Shown here: positions 9,824-18,559 of the stretch, piece after piece
Position numbering within the stretch: position 1 is the first letter of the stretch
Layout of the letters: each line of letters begins with the position of its first letter
Origin: Candidatus Omnitrophota bacterium
GTDB taxonomy: Bacteria; Omnitrophota; Omnitrophia; Omnitrophales; Aquincolibacteriaceae
Direction of reading: 5' to 3'
DNA: 64,000 nt
Assembly (NCBI GenBank): GCA_016930235.1
Contig: JAFGHI010000015.1
Coordinates: 4,218-68,217 of the forward strand
The notes under the pieces: generated by a model
Databases searched by the model: none
Told to the model about the DNA's origin: nothing
The model's input: the letters and a program-made list of their open reading frames with translations, nothing else
Position numbers and translations under genes: made by a program

Positions 9824-11066
9824 CGCGTTTTTCCTCCCGATCCTCAACCTTAGTCACTTTTGAATGTAATAGACCCCGGTGTAAACGTGTTTTTATTTCG
9901 TCGCCAATTTTAACTTGCCCCGCTTCTTTTAAGACCTTCCCCCGAGAATCAAAATTCAAGGAATAGCCTCTCTCTAATACCCCAAGGGGACTTAAAGCAT
10001 GCAGTTTTCCTACCAAAGATTGAAACGCTTGTCCTTTTTGTGAAACATAAGAGCGCCAATAATTTTGAAGCTGCCGCAACAACTCATCGATACGTTGCGA
10101 AAATTGCTGAATGAGTATCGCCGGCTGCCGGAATGCATAACTTTCTAAAATCCTTTCAAGGCTACCTTTCCACCCTTCGGTCAAATTCACCATAGCATTC
10201 CTTAACCGAACCTGGCTATTCTCAACTCTTTTCTGAAGTTCCTCGCGGTTCTGAACAACCAATTCCGCAGCCGCTGAAGGTGTCGGAGCCCGCAAATCAG
10301 CAACAAGATCACAAATCGTCCAGTCAATTTCATGGCCGACGGCCGAAATAATGGGTATCTTGGAAGCAAAAACCTCTCGAGCAACCACTTCCTCGTTAAA
10401 GGCCCAAAGATCCTCAAGACTCCCTCCCCCTCGCCCGACGATCATGACATCCACTTGCCCCATTCGATTCATTTCCCGAATCGCTTGGGCTATCTCTTCG
10501 GCGGCTCCTTCTCCTTGGACCTTGACAGGGTAAAGTAAAATGTTGGTTCCACCAAAGCGACGATTGACAACATTCAAAATATCCCGGATGGCAGCACCTG
10601 TCGGAGATGTCACAACCCCGACAGTCGACGGAAATTTTGGGATTATCTTTTTATGGTCTCTGGAAAAAAGTCCTTCCTTCTCTAATTTCTCTTTTAATTG
10701 CAAAAAAGCCAGCTGTAAGGCTCCAACACCTTTGGGTTCCAAACGCTCGATATACAACTGATACTGCCCCCTTGATTCATAAAGAGAAATCTTCCCGCAA
10801 GCAAGGACTTTCAGCCCGTCTTTGATTTCAAATTTGACAACCTGATTATAGCGCGAGAAAAAAACAGCGCTGATTTGGGCCTTGTCATCTTTTAAACTCA
10901 GATACATATGCCCGGAAGAATGATGCTTAAAATTAGAGATCTCCCCTTCAACCCAAATGTTTTGAAAATGCCCTTCCAGCAACATTCGGGCGCGGCGGTT
11001 AAGCTCATAGACCGAATAAACCTTTGTTTCCTTCTGGATACCTTCTTGTAGATGCGCTTCAGACAT
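9816..11066 (-). CDS. xseA: Exodeoxyribonuclease VII large subunit
   Basis: 416 aa. N-terminal OB-fold VWVEGEISNFKHHSSGHMYLSLKD and conserved central catalytic region. Confidence 0.9.
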   Translation of the reverse strand: MSEAHLQEGIQKETKVYSVYELNRRARMLLEGHFQNIWVEGEISNFKHHSSGHMYLSLKDDKAQISAVFFSRYNQVVKFEIKDGLKVLACGKISLYESRGQYQLYIERLEPKGVGALQLAFLQLKEKLEKEGLFSRDHKKIIPKFPSTVGVVTSPTGAAIRDILNVVNRRFGGTNILLYPVKVQGEGAAEEIAQAIREMNRMGQVDVMIVGRGGGSLEDLWAFNEEVVAREVFASKIPIISAVGHEIDWTICDLVADLRAPTPSAAAELVVQNREELQKRVENSQVRLRNAMVNLTEGWKGSLERILESYAFRQPAILIQQFSQRIDELLRQLQNYWRSYVSQKGQAFQSLVGKLHALSPLGVLERGYSLNFDSRGKVLKEAGQVKIGDEIKTRLHRGLLHSKVTKVEDREEKRDG

Positions 11067-11072
11067 TTACAG

Positions 11073-11864
11073 TTACTCCACCCTGCGGTGAATACGCTTT
11101 ACGGATACCGCGCGCTTCTCATCCAAGTCCATTTCAAAAATAACCCCCGAAAACCGGACATCATCCTTTGCCATCTCGAACCTTGCCGGCATTTGAGTGA
11201 TAAACATATGTAGAACGCTTTCAATGTCTCTCCCAATAATGGACTTGTAAGGGCCGCACATCCCGACATCGGTAATATAAGCCGTCCCCTGGGGAAGAAT
11301 CGTCTCATCCGCTGTTTGAACATGCGTATGAGTGCCAAAAATACCGCTTACTTTGCCGTCTAAATACCACCCCATCGCAATCTTTTCGGATGTCGCCTCG
11401 GCATGGAAATCAACGACAATAATATCAACCTTGTTTCTTAGCTCCTCAACTAATTTTCTTGCCGTTTCAAAAGGACATTCAACGGTCTTAAGAAAAACTC
11501 TTCCAATAAGATTAATGACACCTATCTTAATCCCTGTTCGGGTCTGATAGATCCCTTTGCCTTCGCCCGGAACCATCGAAGGGAAATTGGCCGGCCTTAG
11601 GATCCGGTGATCCTCTTGAATAAGTTGTTCAGCCTCTTTCTTTTTAAAAACATGGTCGCCGGTCGTCAAACAATCGATTCCACAGCCGAAAAGTTCTTCG
11701 GTGGTAGCCTCCGTAATTCCCGATCCGCCCGCCGCATTTTCAGCGTTTATTATCACAAAATCGATTTTTTCCTCCCTCTTGATCTGTGGGATCACTTCAG
11801 CGCAGGCCTTCCGCCCAGGCTTCCCCACGACATCTCCACCTATAAGAATCTTGATCCTATTCAA
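11073..11864 (-). CDS. YmdB-like metallophosphoesterase (TIGR00282 family)
   Basis: MNRIKILIGGDVVGKPGRKA...FVIINAENAAGGSGIT and a downstream GDH motif. Confidence 0.85.
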   Translation of the reverse strand: MNRIKILIGGDVVGKPGRKACAEVIPQIKREEKIDFVIINAENAAGGSGITEATTEELFGCGIDCLTTGDHVFKKKEAEQLIQEDHRILRPANFPSMVPGEGKGIYQTRTGIKIGVINLIGRVFLKTVECPFETARKLVEELRNKVDIIVVDFHAEATSEKIAMGWYLDGKVSGIFGTHTHVQTADETILPQGTAYITDVGMCGPYKSIIGRDIESVLHMFITQMPARFEMAKDDVRFSGVIFEMDLDEKRAVSVKRIHRRVE

Positions 11865-11876
11865 GGGACTCCCTTT

Positions 11877-12467
11877 CTAAGAAATAATCTTTGTTTCTTT
11901 ATCCGTAATGTACCCGTCCAAAAGCTTGTCATGCACATCTTTGGGTAATCGTTCTTGTGTTTGTTCAGAAAATGAAATTCCGATCGCCTTCGTTGATATC
12001 CTTCTCCCTGCTAAAAAACGGTCAAAATAGCCTCCTCCTCGTCCCAAACGAACACCTCGAGGGTCAAAAGCGACTCCGGGGACGAATAAAACACCGAAAT
12101 CGTTTATGTTTGCTCTCTTCCCTCTCCTCGATATCGGTTCAAGAATTCCGAAAGGTCCTTTCCTCAAATCCCTCTTCACATTTTGAATCCTGACCGCACT
12201 TAACACTCTCGCTTTTCCCAAACGCGGCAAATAGACTTCGATCCCACTGCGGATGAACCGCCTTATAAGATTCAGGGTATCCACTTCCCAGTCTTTTGAG
12301 ACAAAGATAAAAAGACGCTTGTATTTGTTTTGCCTGACGAAACTCCATAAACGTCTTTGGATAGACCTTATTTTTCTCCTTCGGACCGCTGGAGGTATAC
12401 TCCTGACTTCCTTCCTTATCTTGTTTCTGTACAATGATTTATAAACTTCTATTTGTGAGGCATTCAT
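11877..12467 (-). CDS. 5-formyltetrahydrofolate cyclo-ligase
   Basis: C-terminal GVAFDPRGVRLGRGGGYFDRFL motif. The ORF track starts at 12515, inside the upstream terminator stem. An internal MNASQ start (12467) or MIPTK (12485) is more plausible. Neither has a Shine-Dalgarno, so the start is uncertain. Confidence 0.7.
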   Translation of the reverse strand: MNASQIEVYKSLYRNKIRKEVRSIPPAVRRRKIRSIQRRLWSFVRQNKYKRLFIFVSKDWEVDTLNLIRRFIRSGIEVYLPRLGKARVLSAVRIQNVKRDLRKGPFGILEPISRRGKRANINDFGVLFVPGVAFDPRGVRLGRGGGYFDRFLAGRRISTKAIGISFSEQTQERLPKDVHDKLLDGYITDKETKIIS

Positions 12468-12503
12468 GCTTTTGGTGGGGATCATTTTAGCGAAATTAGG
12501 GGT

Positions 12504-12539
12504 TTTTAGCCACAAATAAAAAACCCTGGGGCCTTTTCA
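12504..12539 (-). terminator. Rho-independent terminator downstream of the outer-membrane barrel gene
   Basis: Minus-strand RNA CCCUGGGGC-UUGAAAAG-GCCCCAGGG (9-bp GC-rich stem) followed by UUUUUUAUUU. Confidence 0.75.
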
Positions 12540-12573
12540 AGCCCCAGGGTTTCGATTCTAAATTTTCTACGTG

Positions 12574-14085
12574 TTAGAACGCTAAGCTGACTGTCCCAAC
12601 AACCTCTTTGGCAGTCTCTGTTGCCTGGTTCATCGATGACCCAAACGTATTTACGGTCGTACGATCCGTGTCAAAATAATCACCGGGCCAGAAGAACGCA
12701 CCGATCAAGCCAAACGTTAAATCTTCCGTATAGGCGTAATCAAGTGTCATATCCAATTCGTTCCCGATAAATTTGCCACGACCGGCAATAGGCACTTCAT
12801 CTAACCAGAAAAGCAACCAACGAGTGAAGAAGGTCAAATCCTGGTTGTTAAACGGATGGAAAGAAGCATCAAACATGACTTGATGCTGATTGGTGTAGCC
12901 AGGTGTAACACCCACATCGGTAAAGTAAAACTGCCCTTGAAACTCCCGAATCGCGCTATAGTACTTACCCCGGAAGAGAGGACGATAATTGGTTGAGGTG
13001 TTATCACTTTCATTACGATCTTCACCCGAATAGAAAACCCATCCTAAACCGAGTTTGGTCGGCCACGGGGCTTCCAGCCAATCCCATTCAGCTCTCAAAT
13101 CATACGCAAGGGCCATAATGTTTTGACGTTCACGCCCGTTAAGCGTAAAAGCACGCAATGTGGAGCTGGCGTCATTAACTCCTTGAGGAAGCACACCGTT
13201 CGCTCCACCTTCTTCACCAAATTCCCACACAACTTCGCCGGCCAACTTCAAACGATCCCACGGCCGAACGCTTCCGCGAAGCCCGATAGCATAGACAACT
13301 TCGGGTTCTGTATAAACATCACCCCAGTTGTTTGCTTGATCTCGATCGCGGCTTAAGAGTGTGTAAATTTCACCTTCTGCAGAATAAGCATCAAAAACAC
13401 GCCCCACATTGATACCTACCAGATCATGATCATCACCCGCATCGATCTGATCTTCACGAACTTTCGCAGCCACCAAATCAAAATGCCATGGAGCATTATC
13501 AATTCTCGCTGTAATGGCATCGAAGCTGTTGAACATCGAAAATTCGTCTGCGGAAATGGTGTTGGAAGGATCGGGATTCCCAAGTTGACTCGAGCCAATG
13601 GCAAACCCTTCACCCCACTGAATATTCTGGCGGCCAATCTTAACCGACAATTCGGGGTAATAAAGTTCTTTGATGGTGATATTGGCAAGATTCAGAATCA
13701 CATCAAACTGGTCATTCGCTGCGCTTCCACCCGCGCCTTGAAAAACAGTACCATTGGTTGCCAATGGCGAACCCTGTGCACCCCCGGAAGGCGCATCAAT
13801 GTCCCGCTGGTTCATGAGTTCAACTTCAGCGGAAATATTTTCGGTTAAATCAGCATCCACTCTCAAGCGGACGGTGCTCATGAAAAACTTCTGGTCATCA
13901 TCACCCGCAAAAACACCACCGTTGTAAGTCGACGTTTCTAAATTACCAAGCGTATAACCGTCACGATACAAACCACGAATCGTTATGTCACCGCTCAGTT
14001 TCACATTCTCGACTGCTGCAAACGCTGGTACTGCTAAAGCCACACACAAAACCAACGTAAGCCAGAACGCTTGTTTGCGAAACAT
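12574..14085 (-). CDS. Outer-membrane beta-barrel protein of unknown function (porin-like)
   Basis: Signal peptide MFRKQAFWLTLVLCVALAVPAFA preceded by GGGAGG RBS. Alternating amphipathic strands. C-terminal ...VSLAF aromatic terminus typical of BAM substrates. Confidence 0.6.
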   Translation of the reverse strand: MFRKQAFWLTLVLCVALAVPAFAAVENVKLSGDITIRGLYRDGYTLGNLETSTYNGGVFAGDDDQKFFMSTVRLRVDADLTENISAEVELMNQRDIDAPSGGAQGSPLATNGTVFQGAGGSAANDQFDVILNLANITIKELYYPELSVKIGRQNIQWGEGFAIGSSQLGNPDPSNTISADEFSMFNSFDAITARIDNAPWHFDLVAAKVREDQIDAGDDHDLVGINVGRVFDAYSAEGEIYTLLSRDRDQANNWGDVYTEPEVVYAIGLRGSVRPWDRLKLAGEVVWEFGEEGGANGVLPQGVNDASSTLRAFTLNGRERQNIMALAYDLRAEWDWLEAPWPTKLGLGWVFYSGEDRNESDNTSTNYRPLFRGKYYSAIREFQGQFYFTDVGVTPGYTNQHQVMFDASFHPFNNQDLTFFTRWLLFWLDEVPIAGRGKFIGNELDMTLDYAYTEDLTFGLIGAFFWPGDYFDTDRTTVNTFGSSMNQATETAKEVVGTVSLAF

Positions 14086-14193
14086 ATGCTTGCCTCCCCT
14101 GTTTTGCACTTGTTAATTTAATTGCGTTTTGGTTCTTAGCCTCATAACATCCGGCTAAATAACAAATTCCACCCTATCCCTAAATATGTCGGC

Positions 14194-14222
14194 ATGTTAG
14201 AAAAAAAGCTTAACATTGTCAA
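14194..14222 (-). promoter_or_regulatory. Candidate sigma-70 promoter for the outer-membrane barrel gene
   Basis: Minus strand TTGACA-17 nt-TAACAT about 75 nt upstream of the ATG. Confidence 0.3.
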
Positions 14223-14303
14223 TTCTTTTTTTTCTGAAGGCCAGTGATCGCCAAAGTTATATGTTCCCTTTGAAAAGCTGATCGAAATATATTATCGGAC
14301 GCT

Positions 14304-17300
14304 TCATCTTTGAAGCTGAGACCCTAAGTCGGATTGCCGTGTTTCCTGAGAACTAATAGGGCCGCCCCATCGTCCTTGTTGAGGTGGAATCGACAAGTTT
14401 TCAGAATCAATTGCAAACTGTTTTCCCTCAAGGAAATAAGCCTGTTTCTTCAATCGATTCTCCCATTCCAGGAACCGGGCTTCTTGCTTCCTTTGATCCT
14501 CAAACATCGTTTTCCGCATCCGGTCGAGATCTCCTTCAGCTTTTCTCAAAGCTGTCCATTCCTGCTGAACCTGCTGCTGCATTTGCCGCAATTCTTTCTC
14601 CCGCTCAGCAATCGCGGTAAATTTCCGCTGCAATTCTTCTTCACTATGCTGAACCGCATTGGTTCTATTTTTTTCTTCTTCCTGCCAGCGCATTTTATCG
14701 TGTTCGAGCCTATTCTTAGCAGAAAGAAGTTCTTGTTTTTCTTTTTCGATTTCACTCCTTTTAGCCAGCAGTTCGTCTCTTAGATTTTTTTGAGAATCGC
14801 TAAAACCCGCCACTTCCCGTTCGAACCGGTCTCTTTCTTCTTGGAGGGCAATCATTTTTTGTTTCAAATCACTTTGATCAAGGCTAAATTGTCTTTTCTC
14901 CTTTTCCAGGGTAATCCTTTCTTGACGTGCTTGCTCAGATTCTTGGAGCATTTGTTCTTTACGCCCGTCAAGCTCTTTGGCCCCCTGCTTCAAGATGGCC
15001 TGTCCTTGCTCCATGGATTGTTCTTTCTCGCGAATCCGATTCTCCCATTCCAGCTTTTTCTGCTCCCAATCCATTAATTTCCTTTCAAAGGCCTGGAAAC
15101 GTTCTTCCATCTCCTGCTCATGCAACCGCATATCCTCTTCACGAGCAGCTAGCTGTTGTTTCTTCTGGTTCATCTCCTGTTCAAGGATATCCAATTCCTG
15201 CCTCTGCCGAAGGGCGTCTTCCTTCCATTCGACTTGGGTATTGTGTAACTTATCCCTCTGAACCCTGAGCTGCTCTTCACGTTCTTGGAGATTCTGTCCC
15301 ATCCTTACGAGACCTTGCTTCTCTTCAAGAAAGGCATTGTAATTTTTTTCAAAATCCGTTTTCGCAACATCAAAAGCTTCTTTTCTTTCATTAAACTGTG
15401 AAATCTCTTGAGCAATCGAATTTTGCTTTTCCTGAAGCAATTGGTTCTTTCGGGCCCATTCTTCCTGAATCTGAGCCAAAGCGGACTTATCTTCATCAAA
15501 CTGTTTGCGTTCCTGTTCGAGATCAACCCGCTTTTTCTCCATATCCCTCTCAGATTCCTTAAACGCCGCCAACCGCCTGATAAATGCCTCCCGTTCAATC
15601 CTGAAAGCCTCGCCATCTTCCTCTAATTTCTGTTCTCGTGTGGCAAGGATTCTCTTTTCACGTTCAATGTCAGCCTTAGATGCATCCAGTTCTTTAACGA
15701 ACTTCTGTTTTTCCGTTTCAAATATCTGCTTTTCTTCATTCAAATAAGAAGACGCGCGGATAAAGGCCTGCTCTTTTTCAGAAACAGACCGGATTCTTTC
15801 ATCAAGATTAGCCTTTTCTTTAAGGATACTACTCTCCAGGGCCTCGAATTCCCTCTTCCTTTGATTGGTCTTCTCTTCCTCTTGGTTAAGCTCCATCCGT
15901 TTTCTGGTGACGAGTTCCTGCATCTGATTGAGCTTGGTCTCTTCTGCTTGGACAATCTGTTCCCTTTCGGCTAAGGACTCCGCCTTTTGGCGTAAAGCAA
16001 GCTCTTCTCCGTTCAATTCCTCACGATAGCGGTCTAATCCTTTCTTTTGCGATTCGATGTCCGAACGCAAATCCTGAAGCTGTTTGGCTTCATCCCGAAT
16101 CCGGCCTGCACGTTCATCCAAGCTCTGTCTCGTTGCATCGAGCGCATTGCGAATCCTATTCTTTTCATCGTTAAAGGCTCCCAGATCTTCAGCTAACTTA
16201 AGTTTCTCATCCTTTAACGCCTCTTCACGGGTCACAGTTTCTGTTTCAAACTGAACGCGCTTATTCTCCCAGTCTTCACGCTGTTGCCGGAAATCCTTCA
16301 ACTCCTTAAAAAACATGGCCCGAGCTTCTTCAAGCGCACCCCGCTCCTGATTAAGATCTTCCAACTGAACCTGTCTGTCCTTTTCCCACTGTTCTTTCTC
16401 GCGAGAAAATTCAGCCCACTGATTGTCCAGTTCTTCCGAGCTCAAAAGAATCTGTTCTTCAGCTCCCCAGCGCGCACGTTGTTCCTCATAATTTTCAATC
16501 TCAGCCATCAATTGCTGCTTGCGATCCATAAGATTTGATATCGTTTGTGCAAGCTCTTCTTTCTCATCCCCAAACGATCTTTTCATTTCCTCCAATTGTC
16601 TTTCCCTTTGCGCCAATTCTTCCTCTTTTTCATCCAAGGCCGATTGACGGGATTGAATATCGGTCTGAGCATCATAAATCCGCTGCCGTTCCTCATCCAA
16701 AGCCTTTTGCTGTTTTTCGAAAATCTTAAACCGCTCTTCAAGCTCGGCACCCTGTCCATCGATGCTGCCTTCTTGATGAGTCAACTTCGCAAGCTGTTTC
16801 TTTAAGTATTCCTCTTTCTCAACGATGGCTTGGACTTTTCCGACAAGATCGCTTTCGATTTTTGCCTTTTTCTTTTCCCATGAAGCTTTCTCTTCCCGAA
16901 ATGTCTTCTCTTGTTCTCCAAGTTCAGAAGCCTTATTTTCGAGAACCTCCATCCTGGCTTCGACAGTAAGCTGGCGGTCTGCGATTTCTTTTTCTTGTTC
17001 GCTTGAAAGCTGTGTTTCGCGTGTCGATAGTTCTCTTAATCGAGAAACAAGTTCCTCCTCTTTGCCCTTTAAGGTTTCCCAATTGCTTTGTCTTTCTTCA
17101 AGCGCTTCTCTCGCCCGCGTATACGCTTCGCGCTCTTCAGTGAGCTGAATCTCCTGCTCCGACAAAGCTTCCTTAAGTTCAGCCACCATTTCTTTGTCTT
17201 TGTCCAGAACATCGAGCCGGGCATTGAGTTCTGCTCTTTCTTTCTCTAGCTTCTGGAAGCTTTCCTTTAATCTTTGTTCGATACCGTCTTTTTGAACTTC

Positions 17301-18239
17301 CCAATCAAACCGGCGCTGAGCCAATTCCTGCCTTTCCTTTTCAATCTCATCATTACGGACATTTAAAAATTCGATTTTCTGTTCCCATTCTTTTTTAAGA
17401 GTCTCCGCCGCATTAAGCTTTTGTTTTAATTCCTCGGACCGCCGCCTCAGCATCTGCTCCTGCTCCTGCAAATCCTCCTTTTTACCCGAACGGCTCAGGA
17501 GCTCAGTGCGCCTTCCGGCCAATTCCATCTTTTCCTGCTCGAGACTTCTGCGTTCACGGGTTAAACGGTCCTCAATGGCCCTTAACTCCCTTTCTTTTTG
17601 TTCGAGTTGACTCTGGCCGCTTGCCATGCCGCGATCCTGCTCATAACTGACTTCGGACATTTGCTTTCTTAAATCAGCAAGCGTCTGTTTCAGATTTTCA
17701 ATCATTAAGTTTCGATCGTGTAATTCATTCGTCAGCCGATCGATTTGAGTCTGCTGATCCTTTTGAGCACCCTGGCCTTGACGTTTTTCGATCACCGCCC
17801 TTAAATCATTCTCGAGCTTTTTCTTAAGTCCTTCGAGTTTCATCTTCTCTTCTTCGATGGCAAGCCGCTGATTCTGCTCAAGATCCTGCATTCTCTCCTC
17901 AAATTCCTTTTCCCGCTGCGCTAGAGCATCTGACTGAGCCTTCTTTTCCCCTACCCATGCTTCACGCTCCTGCTGAAACTTTTCTATTTTATCTAAGAGC
18001 GTTCGTTTGATTTCTTCAAGGCGGGCTTCCTTCTTATCCAAGAGCTGAATCTGGTTATTCCGGTCTTCCGTCCAGCGTCGTTGAGCGGCTTCAAATTGAG
18101 CGATTTCCTGCGCAAAACCGTAGTCGGCGTTTGACCCTTCTTGAGCCATCGAATTAAGAGTGTAAGCAAAGCACAGAAGAAAAGCGATGTGTCCAATAAC
18201 AATCGTTCGGGTGAGAGACTTTTCTACTATACGGTTCAT
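14304..18239 (-). CDS. Giant (1311 aa) membrane-anchored coiled-coil protein with degenerate W-E-x-K/R repeats
   Basis: N-terminal hydrophobic anchor IVIGHIAFLLCFAYTL. The rest is almost entirely E/K/R/Q/L heptad-like sequence. Recurring modules: KEWEQKIEF, FDWEVQKDG, SNWETLKGK, ASWEKKKAK, EQWEKDRQV, EDWENKRVQ, MDWEQKKLEWENRIRE, LEWENRLKK. No nucleotide-binding motif. Confidence 0.7.
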   Translation of the reverse strand: MNRIVEKSLTRTIVIGHIAFLLCFAYTLNSMAQEGSNADYGFAQEIAQFEAAQRRWTEDRNNQIQLLDKKEARLEEIKRTLLDKIEKFQQEREAWVGEKKAQSDALAQREKEFEERMQDLEQNQRLAIEEEKMKLEGLKKKLENDLRAVIEKRQGQGAQKDQQTQIDRLTNELHDRNLMIENLKQTLADLRKQMSEVSYEQDRGMASGQSQLEQKERELRAIEDRLTRERRSLEQEKMELAGRRTELLSRSGKKEDLQEQEQMLRRRSEELKQKLNAAETLKKEWEQKIEFLNVRNDEIEKERQELAQRRFDWEVQKDGIEQRLKESFQKLEKERAELNARLDVLDKDKEMVAELKEALSEQEIQLTEEREAYTRAREALEERQSNWETLKGKEEELVSRLRELSTRETQLSSEQEKEIADRQLTVEARMEVLENKASELGEQEKTFREEKASWEKKKAKIESDLVGKVQAIVEKEEYLKKQLAKLTHQEGSIDGQGAELEERFKIFEKQQKALDEERQRIYDAQTDIQSRQSALDEKEEELAQRERQLEEMKRSFGDEKEELAQTISNLMDRKQQLMAEIENYEEQRARWGAEEQILLSSEELDNQWAEFSREKEQWEKDRQVQLEDLNQERGALEEARAMFFKELKDFRQQREDWENKRVQFETETVTREEALKDEKLKLAEDLGAFNDEKNRIRNALDATRQSLDERAGRIRDEAKQLQDLRSDIESQKKGLDRYREELNGEELALRQKAESLAEREQIVQAEETKLNQMQELVTRKRMELNQEEEKTNQRKREFEALESSILKEKANLDERIRSVSEKEQAFIRASSYLNEEKQIFETEKQKFVKELDASKADIEREKRILATREQKLEEDGEAFRIEREAFIRRLAAFKESERDMEKKRVDLEQERKQFDEDKSALAQIQEEWARKNQLLQEKQNSIAQEISQFNERKEAFDVAKTDFEKNYNAFLEEKQGLVRMGQNLQEREEQLRVQRDKLHNTQVEWKEDALRQRQELDILEQEMNQKKQQLAAREEDMRLHEQEMEERFQAFERKLMDWEQKKLEWENRIREKEQSMEQGQAILKQGAKELDGRKEQMLQESEQARQERITLEKEKRQFSLDQSDLKQKMIALQEERDRFEREVAGFSDSQKNLRDELLAKRSEIEKEKQELLSAKNRLEHDKMRWQEEEKNRTNAVQHSEEELQRKFTAIAEREKELRQMQQQVQQEWTALRKAEGDLDRMRKTMFEDQRKQEARFLEWENRLKKQAYFLEGKQFAIDSENLSIPPQQGRWGGPISSQETRQSDLGSQLQR

Positions 18240-18302
18240 AAAAGGATGAGAATTTTTATTCCTATGATTTATTTCCTTACAAAAATCACATTTTGAGGAT
18301 AG

Positions 18303-18329
18303 AAAAAAAGCCCCATCGCGCGATGGAGC
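18303..18329 (-). terminator. Rho-independent terminator between the two giant coiled-coil genes
   Basis: Minus RNA GCUCCAUC-GCGC-GAUGGGGC (8-bp stem including one GU pair) followed by UUUUUUU. Lies 230 nt after the stop of the upstream gene and 64 nt before the start of the downstream gene. Confidence 0.6.
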
Positions 18330-18559
18330 TTGTTTACCTCTTCGTCATGAAAATCATTTCTGCGCCCGTGGAAAGACCTCCGGTCAATTTTGTAATAAAG
18401 TAGCACGAGCAATGACTTATGTCAAGACGAGGATTAGAGTTATAGCAAATTTGTTTCGGAAAAATGAGAGCGCCCAAATTTCCATTTTAGAACACGCTAT
18501 GAATATCTCAGAGAAGAAGAGTTGTTTTGAACTAACTCTTTCTGGATAGGGGGCTTAGA

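Noticed and set aside
14334-17148. Many 60-150 aa plus-strand ORFs inside the giant coiled-coil gene (and likewise 18576..21169 inside the second)
   Set aside because: Low-complexity, F/L/S-rich translations of the antisense of a GAA/AAG-rich coiled-coil gene. No starts with RBS. Mutually overlapping.
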